Source of the DNA: Candidatus Bathyarchaeota archaeon
GTDB lineage: Archaea > Thermoproteota > Bathyarchaeia > Bathyarchaeales > DTEX01
Assembly (NCBI GenBank): GCA_018397055.1
Contig: JAGTQS010000001.1
Span: forward strand, 1-54,371
Reading direction: 5' to 3'
Length of the DNA stretch: 54,371 nt
Below the pieces are notes generated by a model. The model did no database searches. It saw only the letters and a list, made by a program, of their open reading frames with translations, and was not told the DNA's origin. This document shows positions 26,104 to 35,177 of this stretch, one piece after another. The stretch's first letter is position 1. Every line of letters starts with the position of its first letter. The position numbers were made by a program, and so were the translations under genes.

Positions 26104-28275
26104 GTGATAGAGGAAGAGCTTCCTGAAAAGGTAGCTAGTCTGCTGAGTCCTGTTCTTCAAGAGAATGAAAAGGTCGTTTACTTCGTTTCAAGCGACATCG
26201 ATGAGAACGGAAAGTTCGGTGAAAGATGGCTGGTTCTCACAAAAGCTAAAGTCGTCACAGTTAACCCTGAAACCCAGCATGTTTTAACTGTTCCCTTGGC
26301 TTCAATTCGCTCTGCAGCCGTTAAGGACTACGTTGGTAACGCCGAGTTGCTTGTTGAAACAGGCGACGGAGAAAGATCGTTAATAAGGTTTTCGCGGGCT
26401 CAGATGGAGGAGTTCCACAACGCGGCGAAGCTGATAGACAAGGTTGCTAGGAAAGAGGTTAACTTGGAAGCTGTCGACGAGAATGCCCTCGAATACTTTC
26501 TTACGAAGAAGAACGGCTTCAAAAAAAGCCAGACGTTGAAGTGGCTTATGGGCCATTTGAGGCCTCATCTTCATTACACGGTTTTAGCGTTGGTTTTGTC
26601 CTTAATGATTACGGCGATTAGTCTTACGCCGCCTATTCTTACGAGGATGCTTATTGACGATGTTTTTGGAAACCGAAACGTGCAGGCGCTTTTCTTTGTT
26701 GTGACGGCTTTCATTTCTGTATATGCTGCTAATGCTGTTCTCGGTCCGGCTCAGAGTTACACGCTTAGCTACCTCGGTCAAAGGGTCATATACAACATTC
26801 GAATCCAGGTTTACGAGCACCTTCAGCAGCTTTCGCTGGGCTTCTATGACAGGATGAGCTCTGGGCGTGTAATGTCAAGAGTCACGGACGATGTGGGTAG
26901 AGTGCAATGGTTTCTCACTTGGGGCATGCAGACCCTCATCATTAGTGGCCTTCAGATCGTTGGAATTGGCGTAATTATTTTTTCGATGAACCCATACCTT
27001 GCAGCTTTCGCTTTGATTCCTGTCCCGATAACTGTGGTTGGAATAACGTTGTTCAGAAAGAAAAGCCACAAGATTTACCACAGGTCTTGGCGCAGGTGGG
27101 CGGATATTAGTTCGCTGCTGTGGGACACGATTCCAGGCGTGATAGTTGTGAAAACCTTTACGCAGGAAAAGTTTGAGATTAACCGTTTGATTGATAAGAT
27201 GAAGAAGTCGGTTGCTGCTAACCTTAGTATTACTAAGCTTCATATCGAGTTTTTCCCATTGATAGGCTTCTCTTTGTCCACAAGCTCAGCGATTATCTGG
27301 TGGGTGGGCGGCCAAGAGGTGCTTTCGGGAGCTGTGACCCTTGGCTCCCTGATTGCGTTCATTAACTATATGTGGATGTTTTACGGGCCGATTCAGACGA
27401 TCAGCCAGATTTTTGAGCCTCTTCAGCAAGCCATTACCTCAAGCGAGAGGGTTCTCGAGATCATGCAGGTTGAGCCGGAGATAAAGGATTCTCCTGACGC
27501 TGTGGAGTTCTCGTTTAAAGGCGCAATCACCCTGAAAAACGTGAGTTTCGGGTACAATCCGTACATTCCCGTTCTAAGCAACATTAACTTGGAGGTTAAG
27601 CCTGGAGAGAAAATTGGCATTGTCGGCCCGAGCGGTTCAGGGAAAACGTCTCTGACTAAGCTGCTTTTGCGGTTTTACGATCCAACTGAGGGAAGCATCG
27701 AGATCGACGGCGTAGACCTGAGAAAGATTAAAACCGCTTGTTTACGGTCCCAGATTGGGCTGGTTCTTCAGGATCCCTTGTTGTTTTACGGCTCAATTGC
27801 CTACAACATCGCCTATGGTCGCCAAGATGCGTCTTTGGATGAGATTATTGCCGCGGGGAAGGCTGCGAAGGTTCACGAGTTCGCGATGGAGCAGGCCTTG
27901 GCCTATGACACGAATGTTGGAGACAGGGGTTGGAGGCTTTCAGGCGGGGAGAGGCAGAGGGTTGCGATTGCGCGGGCTATTATCATGGAGCCTAAGATTC
28001 TCGTGTTGGATGAGGCTACTTCCTCGGTTGACACTTTAACGGAGAGGAAGATTCAGGAGGCGATGGACAATTTGGCGAAGGGGCGGACGACCATCATCAT
28101 CGCGCACAGGCTTTCTACTTTGCAGAACGCTGACCGCATAGTTGTCATGGATAAAGGCAGGGTTGTTGAGGTTGGAACCCACGAGGAGCTTATGAAGACT
28201 GGTGGGCTGTATAGTCAGCTCTATCAGGCTCAGTTCGCTGAGGAACAGAAGGTTGCGCAGATTCAGAGGAGATGA
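26104..28275 (+). CDS. ABC exporter (fused TMD-NBD) with an N-terminal PH-like cytosolic domain of about 130 aa
   Basis: Six TM segments, GPSGSGKTS, LSGGERQRVAIARAI, LVLDEATSSVD. The N-terminal beta-rich segment KVVYFVSSDIDENGKFGERWLVLTKAKVV precedes TM1. Confidence 0.85.
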   Translation: MIEEELPEKVASLLSPVLQENEKVVYFVSSDIDENGKFGERWLVLTKAKVVTVNPETQHVLTVPLASIRSAAVKDYVGNAELLVETGDGERSLIRFSRAQMEEFHNAAKLIDKVARKEVNLEAVDENALEYFLTKKNGFKKSQTLKWLMGHLRPHLHYTVLALVLSLMITAISLTPPILTRMLIDDVFGNRNVQALFFVVTAFISVYAANAVLGPAQSYTLSYLGQRVIYNIRIQVYEHLQQLSLGFYDRMSSGRVMSRVTDDVGRVQWFLTWGMQTLIISGLQIVGIGVIIFSMNPYLAAFALIPVPITVVGITLFRKKSHKIYHRSWRRWADISSLLWDTIPGVIVVKTFTQEKFEINRLIDKMKKSVAANLSITKLHIEFFPLIGFSLSTSSAIIWWVGGQEVLSGAVTLGSLIAFINYMWMFYGPIQTISQIFEPLQQAITSSERVLEIMQVEPEIKDSPDAVEFSFKGAITLKNVSFGYNPYIPVLSNINLEVKPGEKIGIVGPSGSGKTSLTKLLLRFYDPTEGSIEIDGVDLRKIKTACLRSQIGLVLQDPLLFYGSIAYNIAYGRQDASLDEIIAAGKAAKVHEFAMEQALAYDTNVGDRGWRLSGGERQRVAIARAIIMEPKILVLDEATSSVDTLTERKIQEAMDNLAKGRTTIIIAHRLSTLQNADRIVVMDKGRVVEVGTHEELMKTGGLYSQLYQAQFAEEQKVAQIQRR

Positions 28276-28781
28276 AGAGGTTGCCGCTTGCCGATTTTCT
28301 AGGCCAACTTAACGTTCTTGACCCGAAGAAGGTGAAGGTTGTCTTTGAAGAGAAAGAGAACAGTTTAAAGCTGCATGTCGACGGGAAGATTTTGTGCAGC
28401 TTAGTCCCAGCGAAGCCTTTTCCAATAACGTCTCCTGAGTACATAATTTTCAGGGACAGTTACGGCGTGGATGTTTGTGTCATCCGAAACTTTAACGATC
28501 TTGACGGGGAATCTAAGAGGAACCTGCAGATCTTGCTGGATAGGATGTACTTTATTCCAAGGATCACTGCGATTCTCAAAATTGAAACAAGCGGTGACGA
28601 GTTCAAGTGGGAAACGGAGACTGACAAGGGTCCGAAGTCTTTCAGAACGCGGGGGCGGATGAGCATTATTCCCATGGGGAACAGGGTTATTGTGACGGAT
28701 GTTGATGACAACGTTTACGAGATTGACGACATATACAACCTTGACAGCAAGAGCAGAAGAGAGCTGGAGAGCACCATCTAA
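28272..28781 (+). CDS. DUF1854-like protein, translationally coupled to the ABC exporter
   Basis: ATGA stop/start overlap. The family is assigned from memory of the DUF1854/ABC-exporter pairing, not from a search. Confidence 0.45.
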   Translation: MKRLPLADFLGQLNVLDPKKVKVVFEEKENSLKLHVDGKILCSLVPAKPFPITSPEYIIFRDSYGVDVCVIRNFNDLDGESKRNLQILLDRMYFIPRITAILKIETSGDEFKWETETDKGPKSFRTRGRMSIIPMGNRVIVTDVDDNVYEIDDIYNLDSKSRRELESTI

Positions 28782-28792
28782 AGGTTTCAGGC

Positions 28793-28798
28793 TTTTTT
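28793..28798 (+). terminator. Oligo-T tract (T6) after the DUF1854-like gene
   Basis: GGCTTTTTTAA starts 12 nt after the stop. Confidence 0.35.
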
Positions 28799-28852
28799 AA
28801 ACGCAGCCTAGGGAGGGCTTAAATAGATTTTATGCGTTTTCCAAATTGGTAG

Positions 28853-30148
28853 GTGAACAAGTTGCCCGGCGTCGTTGTTGTTGGAACCCAGTGGGGCGAT
28901 GAGGCTAAAGGTAAGGTTACAGACTTCCTAGCTGAGAAGGCTGACTGCGTGGTTAGGTTTAACGGTGGAGCAAACGCAGGCCACACTGTTGTTGTCGACG
29001 GAAAGGTTTACAAGCTTCGACTTGTGCCATCAGGCGTTTTTCACGGCAAGAGGCTTTACATCGGCAACGGCGTTGTTGTTGACCCCGAGATCTTGGTTCA
29101 AGAGTTGAATACCTTGAAAAAAGAAGGCTTTAAGCCTGACCTCCGCATCAGCGACCGGGCTCATGTTGTTTTTGGGTTTCACAAGGTTATTGATGGGCTT
29201 CAGGAACGGTTAAAAGGCAACCTTCGAGCGGGCACAACTATGATGGGCATCGGGCCTGTCTATTCAGATAAGGCTGCTAGGTTCGGAATTCGGGTTGCGG
29301 ATCTCCTAGACAGAGACGTGTTAGAGTGGAAGCTGAACTTGCTTGTTGACCTGGCTCAGAGGCTTATAAGAGACGTTTACGGCGGAGACCAAGTTCTCGA
29401 TAAGAAGCAGATCATGCAGCAGGCCTTAGGTTTCGGCGAATCCATTGCGGGTTCCGTTTGCGACGTTTCAGCTGAGGTTAACATGGCCTTAGACAGGGGC
29501 GAAACTGTTCTTTTCGAGGGTGCTCAGGGAACTCTGCTTGACTTGGATCATGGACTTTACCCTTACGGTTCGTCGAGCAGCACGGTTGCCGGGGGCGCAT
29601 GCACTGGTGCAGGTGTTGGGCCAACTAGGATTGACGAGGTTCTCGGTGTTGTGAAGGCTTATACTTCGAGGGTTGGCGCAGGTCCGGTTCCAACTGAGCT
29701 CACTGACGCCGTTGGTGAGAGGATTAGGAGTGTTGGGCACGAGTTCGGCACGGCGACAGGTAGGCCTAGGAGGTGCGGCTGGCTGGACCTTGTTCCCGTG
29801 AAGTACTCTGTCAGGATAAGCGGGGTTTCGAAGCTCGTTGTGACGAAGCTCGACGTCTTAAGTGGCATCAATCCGCTAAAGATTTGCGTAGGCTACGAGG
29901 CTGACGGCAGAAGGCTGGACTCTGTCCCGGCGAGCTTAAGTCTTTTCGAAAAGTGCAAGCCTGTCTACGAGGAGATGGAGGGCTGGTCTGAACAAGTCAA
30001 CTGGCAAAGAGCCGTCAAGGAAGGCTATAGCGGGTTGCCGAGGCAGGCGAGGGCTTACCTTGAAAGAATAGAGGACCACGTAGGCTTACCCATAACAGTC
30101 ATCTCAGTTGGACCAGAAAGAAAAGACACAATAATAATCAACCAATAA
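28853..30148 (+). CDS. purA: Adenylosuccinate synthetase
   Basis: GTQWGDEAKGK, GGANAGHTV, GTTMMGIGPVY, GTATGRPRRCGW motifs. GTG start. Confidence 0.92.
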   Translation: MNKLPGVVVVGTQWGDEAKGKVTDFLAEKADCVVRFNGGANAGHTVVVDGKVYKLRLVPSGVFHGKRLYIGNGVVVDPEILVQELNTLKKEGFKPDLRISDRAHVVFGFHKVIDGLQERLKGNLRAGTTMMGIGPVYSDKAARFGIRVADLLDRDVLEWKLNLLVDLAQRLIRDVYGGDQVLDKKQIMQQALGFGESIAGSVCDVSAEVNMALDRGETVLFEGAQGTLLDLDHGLYPYGSSSSTVAGGACTGAGVGPTRIDEVLGVVKAYTSRVGAGPVPTELTDAVGERIRSVGHEFGTATGRPRRCGWLDLVPVKYSVRISGVSKLVVTKLDVLSGINPLKICVGYEADGRRLDSVPASLSLFEKCKPVYEEMEGWSEQVNWQRAVKEGYSGLPRQARAYLERIEDHVGLPITVISVGPERKDTIIINQ

Positions 30149-30163
30149 CGGCTTCATCCACCA

Positions 30164-30170
30164 TTTTTTT
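30164..30170 (+). terminator. Oligo-T tract (T7) after purA
   Basis: CCATTTTTTTCC lies 16 nt after the stop. Confidence 0.4.
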
Positions 30171-30362
30171 CCTCAGCTCAGTGCGTGCCGAATTTTTATC
30201 TTTATATAGGTGCTATGGATTCGCTGTGGAAATGTGGATTTAACGAAAACACCTTCATAAACGAACTTTTAATTCAGTATTGCAAGAAAAAAAGTTGAGG
30301 ACTTCGTATCTAAAACTGAAACCCCGTCCAAAGGCATGAGTGGTTTAATGATTTTTATTTTT

Positions 30363-31481
30363 TTATGTGATTTGGAGTAGGTGAGTGTTTCCTATGTTGA
30401 CGTTTTTTAGGTGTTTTTTGGCTGTTTTAAGCGTTTCTGCGGCTTGTTTCCGGCTTGTTGTCGGCAGATCCTTCATCATGTACTGCGGGTAGTAGGCTAA
30501 CAGCGTGTACGGAATTCTTGGGTCTACGCTTGCGATGAACTTTGAGATGTTTTCCACCTCCTCCACATCTACGTAGCCTGGAACCAGCAGTGTGCTTGCG
30601 GTCAGCACCGGCACTTCTGGGCGCCTGTTGAACCATTTTTCGCCGATGACTCTGAAGTTTTCGAGGCAAGTCTTGTTGGAGGCTCCACAGAGCGCCTTGT
30701 AGAGGTTTTCGTCAAAGGCTTTCAGGTCAAACTTCACCACGCCGCCGCTGACGAACGACAACTCAGCAGCCTTCAGAGCATAGTCTCCACGCATGCGCCC
30801 ATTTGTCTCCCAGCAGATCCTCAAAATCCGCTTAGTCTCAGCCGCCCCTTCCAAAGCTAGCTCACTTGTTTTTAATGCGTGAGGCATCTGAACCGAAGGG
30901 TCCCCGCCGAAAAAGCAGATGCACGAGACGTTGTGGTTCACCTTGCTGGCTAGCTCTTCCACGCTCAGAACAGGCTTGAGGCTTTGAGAAAGACGTTTGT
31001 AGTGCCAGTTCTGACAGAAAAGGCAGTCAAGGCTGCAGGCGCCGTAAAAGACAGCGAGGTTCACGTAGCCAATCTCGGCAGAAGGCCTATAGGCATACCT
31101 TGGAAACCCGGAGCCTGTGCAGCCTGGACAGAACCACCATGCCACGCAGTTGGTTGGAAGACCGTCGTAGTACCACTCAAGCACGCCGCCGTCAGGCATT
31201 CCTCCAACCCTACGCAGCTGACCGTCAACGTTGAAAACCAAGCCGCAGAACCCTTTGCCGCCACGTTCAATCCTGCAGTTGTTCGGGCATAAACCGCACG
31301 GTATGCCGTCTGACGCTTGGGGAGGCTTAGCGGGCAGTCCAAACCTGCTTCTGCTCTCAGCGTGCTTGGCGCTTGTCACGTCAAGAGCTCTTTCAGGTTT
31401 TTCTCTTATGCATTTCAAACAGGCATCTAAGCCGCTGGAAATTGTGGAGCCCTGTTCTCCGCAGACTTCGCATCTACCCAT
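30363..31481 (-). CDS. Radical SAM protein (PflA/COG1180-like activase fold) with N-terminal Cys-rich zinc-ribbon region
   Basis: CSLDCLFCQNW (CxxxCxxC); upstream CEVCGEQG...CLKC and CGLCPNNC...GFCG. Probable ATG at 31481; the track ORF extends to 31577. Confidence 0.75.
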   Translation of the reverse strand: MGRCEVCGEQGSTISSGLDACLKCIREKPERALDVTSAKHAESRSRFGLPAKPPQASDGIPCGLCPNNCRIERGGKGFCGLVFNVDGQLRRVGGMPDGGVLEWYYDGLPTNCVAWWFCPGCTGSGFPRYAYRPSAEIGYVNLAVFYGACSLDCLFCQNWHYKRLSQSLKPVLSVEELASKVNHNVSCICFFGGDPSVQMPHALKTSELALEGAAETKRILRICWETNGRMRGDYALKAAELSFVSGGVVKFDLKAFDENLYKALCGASNKTCLENFRVIGEKWFNRRPEVPVLTASTLLVPGYVDVEEVENISKFIASVDPRIPYTLLAYYPQYMMKDLPTTSRKQAAETLKTAKKHLKNVNIGNTHLLQIT

Positions 31482-31554
31482 CTGCCAGCTACCGAAAAAA
31501 CAATGCGTAAGGACAGATTTAGTTGTTTCCCAAAGACTAGACTTGGTTAACAGC

Positions 31555-31959
31555 TTATCGAGGAACTTGTCCGTCAATTTCTAGATGAGACCTTTGTCGG
31601 ACGTAGACAGCGGGAACCTTGGCTTTTCTAAGCCTTCTTCTGAGAACAGCGTCGTTCGTGGCAACTACGCATCCTTCCAATTCGGCAAATCTCAGAACAA
31701 CGTCGTCGCAGCTCTCATTAAGAAACGTCTCAACATACCACTCTGCGCACTTTTTAGCCAATTCAAGAGCGGCCAAGGCCTGCTTAGCCACCTTTGAAGA
31801 GCCACTTCTTGCAAGGCCTTCCAGCTCCGTTATTGTTGTCGATAGAACAACGGGCTCAGCTTTTCCAAGAAGCCTTTCAAGCTCCGAGAAAATGTCGATT
31901 TTGAACTGAAATGGAACAAGAAGAAAGTTCGAGTCAAGAATAACCTTAACCAACTTCAA
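31555..31959 (-). CDS. PIN-domain protein (Fcf1/Utp24-like, COG1412-type)
   Basis: VILDSNFLL ... TELEGL ... VATNDAVLRRRL acidic PIN residues. TTGA overlap with the pdxA stop. Confidence 0.7.
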   Translation of the reverse strand: MKLVKVILDSNFLLVPFQFKIDIFSELERLLGKAEPVVLSTTITELEGLARSGSSKVAKQALAALELAKKCAEWYVETFLNESCDDVVLRFAELEGCVVATNDAVLRRRLRKAKVPAVYVRQRSHLEIDGQVPR

Positions 31960-32963
31960 GCCCCACGTCTTCCAGCAACCATCGCCGCTGCGAGCTTAAC
32001 AGCCTCCTCCAAACTTCGAGAGTCGGCCACGCCTTTCCCCGCAATATCGTAGGCGGTGCCGTGATCCACGGAGGTTCGGAGAAAAGGAAGCCCAAAAGTC
32101 ACGCTGACTGTACCGTAAAAGTCAACGGTCTTCGCGGCAATATGTCCCTGATCGTGGTACAGAGACAAAACCGCGTCGTAACGGCTCTCTAAGGCCTTGA
32201 CAAACACGGTGTCCGCAGGAACAGGACCAACCACATTCAAGCCCTTGGCCTTCAGCTCTTCAACAGCTGGAACAATCTCTTGAGCCTCTTCGCTTCCCAC
32301 AAGGCCTTCGTCGCTGGCGTGAGGATTTAAAGCTGCAACCGCAACCAAAGGCCGCTTTACGCCGATCTTCTCGAGCTCAGATGCAACGCGGATAACGGCC
32401 TCAACAATCCGCTCCTTCTTAACCGCCTGAATCGCCTCAACCAAAGGCAGATGCCTCGTCAAAAAGAAGATCCTTACGCCTCTAACCCAAAACATAGTTA
32501 AAGGATCCGTAACACCGCAAAACGCCGCTAACATCTCCGTATGGCCAATGTAAGGACTTCCAGCCAAATTCACAGCCTTCTTGTTAATCGGTCCAGTGGC
32601 AACCGCGTCAACCCGTCCGGTGAGAGCAAGATCTGCCGCCTTCCTGATGTATTCGATTGACGCCCTACCAGCCTCAGCTGAAACCCTACCAGTTTCAAAG
32701 GAATCCAAATCAACGTTTTTCATATCAACAACATCGATTACTCCAAGCCTGCCCACAGCCCCTATAGGATCAACCACAACATTGAATTCCGCCCTAAGAC
32801 TCAACTGCCGAGCTGTTCTCTGAAGAAGGCCTAAGTCTCCAATCAAAAGAGGCGTACAAACGCTTTGAACCTCAGGCTTCAAAAGCGCCTTAACAGCAAT
32901 CTCAGGACCAACACCAGCAGGGTCACCCATCGTAACAGCAACAATCGGCTTACAAACAGTCAA
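31956..32963 (-). CDS. pdxA: PdxA-family NAD-dependent 4-hydroxythreonine-4-phosphate-type dehydrogenase
   Basis: VAVTMGDPAGVGPEI, IGHTE, SVDHGTAYDIAGKG. Probable TTG start at 32963-32969 just after GGAGG (32971-32975); the track ORF extends to 33038. Confidence 0.8.
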   Translation of the reverse strand: MTVCKPIVAVTMGDPAGVGPEIAVKALLKPEVQSVCTPLLIGDLGLLQRTARQLSLRAEFNVVVDPIGAVGRLGVIDVVDMKNVDLDSFETGRVSAEAGRASIEYIRKAADLALTGRVDAVATGPINKKAVNLAGSPYIGHTEMLAAFCGVTDPLTMFWVRGVRIFFLTRHLPLVEAIQAVKKERIVEAVIRVASELEKIGVKRPLVAVAALNPHASDEGLVGSEEAQEIVPAVEELKAKGLNVVGPVPADTVFVKALESRYDAVLSLYHDQGHIAAKTVDFYGTVSVTFGLPFLRTSVDHGTAYDIAGKGVADSRSLEEAVKLAAAMVAGRRGA

Positions 32964-32986
32964 CAACAAACCTCCATACTTAAAGA

Positions 32987-33925
32987 CTAAACTTTGACCA
33001 CACCTGTCAAAGAAGGCCTTGTACAGCACGCTTGGCACCCTATGCCTTCCGTCTCGAAAGCCTCCTTCATCGCTGAGGCCACAACGTCAATTGACGTTTT
33101 CGCAGAGTCCACAACAGCTATGACTGCTGGACCAGCACCGCTAATGGCGACTCCAACAGCACCAGCCTTAAACGCGGCTTTTTTCACAGCGACAAAGCCT
33201 GGTATAAGCTGCTTCCTCGCAGGCTCAACAATCAGGTCAGTCATGCCTCGCCCAATCATCTCAACGTCGCTAAGGTGAAAACCAGCGACAACAGAAGCAG
33301 CGTTCCGAACGTTAGCCACAGCATCCAAAAAACCCACGGATCTTGGAAGAACAGCTCTCGCCTTAGCAGTCTTGTTTTCAGGGGTCTCAATAAGAGGCAA
33401 AGCTAGAGCTACCTCCAAGTTTCGTGGAGGATTCAAACGGACCACAAACAGCTCGTCGCCCCAGTTTTGAACAATTGTGAACCCCCCATAAACAGAGGCT
33501 GCCACGTTGTCAGCGTGGCTTGCGCCTGCAGCCGCCACCTCACCCAACGCCGCCGCCTTAACAACCTCGTTTTTGGACAGCCCAAGACCGAGCAGCTCGT
33601 TCAATGCAACTGCGCATGCCGCTGCGGTGGCTCCGCTGCTTCCAAGCCCCATCTTCAAGGGTATGCCCTTTTCCACAAGAATTCTTATGGCCACACGACG
33701 GTTCGCGACAAGAGTCTTGGCGACAAGCCCAGCTGTGTTCCTGTCTGGGGCGGTTGGGATTCCTTCAGCTCCAAGTCCCTTGTACTCAACGGTTATGCCA
33801 GTGTCTGCGTCGATTATCTCCGCTGTTAAGGTGTCGTGGAACGCCTCTAACGCTAGGCCGAAAACATCGAAGCCTGAGCCGAGGTTAGCTGAGCTACACG
33901 GCGCTTTGACCTTGATTTTGTTCAT
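32987..33925 (-). CDS. thrB: Homoserine kinase (GHMP kinase)
   Basis: KVKAPCSSANLGSGFDVFGLAL and the GHMP motif PLKMGLGSSGATAAA. ATG at 33925. Confidence 0.8.
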   Translation of the reverse strand: MNKIKVKAPCSSANLGSGFDVFGLALEAFHDTLTAEIIDADTGITVEYKGLGAEGIPTAPDRNTAGLVAKTLVANRRVAIRILVEKGIPLKMGLGSSGATAAACAVALNELLGLGLSKNEVVKAAALGEVAAAGASHADNVAASVYGGFTIVQNWGDELFVVRLNPPRNLEVALALPLIETPENKTAKARAVLPRSVGFLDAVANVRNAASVVAGFHLSDVEMIGRGMTDLIVEPARKQLIPGFVAVKKAAFKAGAVGVAISGAGPAVIAVVDSAKTSIDVVASAMKEAFETEGIGCQACCTRPSLTGVVKV

Positions 33926-34021
33926 GAACCAAACCTGATTTTGCTTTGACTTTCTATTCCTTTTCATTTCTTTTAACGTTGTCCTTACGTAAAAAATTGA
34001 CGAAGGTGTGCTGACAAAAGC

Positions 34022-35125
34022 TCAGTCAGGCAGCTCCACCTCGGTTCTGCCAATCAACTCTCTTTTCTTCTTGAGGTAATACTTGTACGTGGCGTAGGAA
34101 ACCTCAGGTGGGCATCTGTGGTCAACCAGCGGAATAAATCCACCGTCCTCAAGCATGGGAGCCAGCCGTTTAAGCTCCTTGTCGATTGCTTTTTCCCCAG
34201 CCATCAAAGCGAGCTTGTCAACGTTTCCAAGAAACAGCACTCGGCGGCCAAACTGCTCACGAATCTTATACATGTCCGTGAAACGGGCTTCAACTGGAAA
34301 CATGCAGTTTATTCCAGCTTTCAGCCAGCCTGGAACAAGAAGCGTGATGTCGCCGTCGCAGTCAAGCACGTTAAGGGTTACGCCGTAGTCTTTAAGGACG
34401 TCTGTGACTTTTTTGTATCTGGGAACCATGAACTCCTCGAAATGGCGAACAGACAAAAGCGGCCCCTTACTGTAACACATGTCCTCCCACCACGTCGCAA
34501 AGTCCACCTTAACCTTCCGCAGGGTCCTGTGAATCAGCGTAATCCACAGATCCACAAGCGTATCCATCATCTCAGCAATCCACTCAGGCTCACGGTAAAA
34601 CGCAATCGAAATCCTCTCCACTCCCATGAAGTTTCTCAACCAGCCGTAGAGGCTGCCGATGAACATGCCAAGCGGATAATCGCGGTCTCTGTAGCTCTCA
34701 GCAACCTCGTCCCAGTTAAGCGGGAAACGCCCAGGAGTGTCAGGATCAAAAAAGGGCCTTAGCTTTTCCCAGTCTATCCTGTTTTTCAGCGGATAGCGGA
34801 GGTAATGCGGAATCGAGGAGGACCCAACTGTGCCCACGTAGATGCCGCCCATCCCGTCGTCCACGACAGCTCTGTTTCCTTCCTCCTTGATTATTCTTCC
34901 AGGCAGAGGCGGCCAAAACGTGGTTCGAACAGGCACCATCTCAAGGTAATCCCAGCCTTCAAGCTTCAAGTATAACTCGATTTCCCGCATGTCCCTCTTA
35001 TCCATTGGAAGACCCTCCTTGTGCCACCTGTCAATCGTTTCAGTCCAAAAACCAAACTCGTAATCAGGAACCCTGTCAACCTCTTTAAACTCGTAAGTTC
35101 TAAGGAAACGTTCCCTGTGGTTCAA
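34022..35125 (-). CDS. Uroporphyrinogen decarboxylase (URO-D) family protein, MtaA/CmuA-like
   Basis: Overall URO-D-like TIM-barrel pattern (MNHRERFLRTYEFKEVDRVPDYEF...). Substrate not inferable. Confidence 0.65.
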   Translation of the reverse strand: MNHRERFLRTYEFKEVDRVPDYEFGFWTETIDRWHKEGLPMDKRDMREIELYLKLEGWDYLEMVPVRTTFWPPLPGRIIKEEGNRAVVDDGMGGIYVGTVGSSSIPHYLRYPLKNRIDWEKLRPFFDPDTPGRFPLNWDEVAESYRDRDYPLGMFIGSLYGWLRNFMGVERISIAFYREPEWIAEMMDTLVDLWITLIHRTLRKVKVDFATWWEDMCYSKGPLLSVRHFEEFMVPRYKKVTDVLKDYGVTLNVLDCDGDITLLVPGWLKAGINCMFPVEARFTDMYKIREQFGRRVLFLGNVDKLALMAGEKAIDKELKRLAPMLEDGGFIPLVDHRCPPEVSYATYKYYLKKKRELIGRTEVELPD

Positions 35126-35177
35126 GACAGACTCCTCTCAAACCTGAGTTCTCGAATCAAAAATGATGACGCACAAA

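Noticed and set aside
30269-30337. 22-aa minus-strand ORF just downstream of the radical SAM gene, considered as a possible RiPP precursor
   Set aside because: The radical SAM protein has no SPASM or twitch Cys-rich C-terminal domain and looks like a PflA/COG1180-type activase. The peptide has no Cys or Gly-rich core, and no protease, transporter or RRE is adjacent.
33467-33938. Three overlapping + strand ORFs (94-143 aa)
   Set aside because: All are antisense to the well-supported thrB gene, are Ala/Ser/Pro-rich and overlap each other in different frames. They are GC-driven shadows.
34118-34762. 214-aa + strand ORF, plus 34155-34388
   Set aside because: It lies entirely antisense to the URO-D-family gene in a GC-rich stretch. 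The sequence is Arg/Pro/Ser-rich and low-complexity with no motifs. This is a typical shadow ORF.
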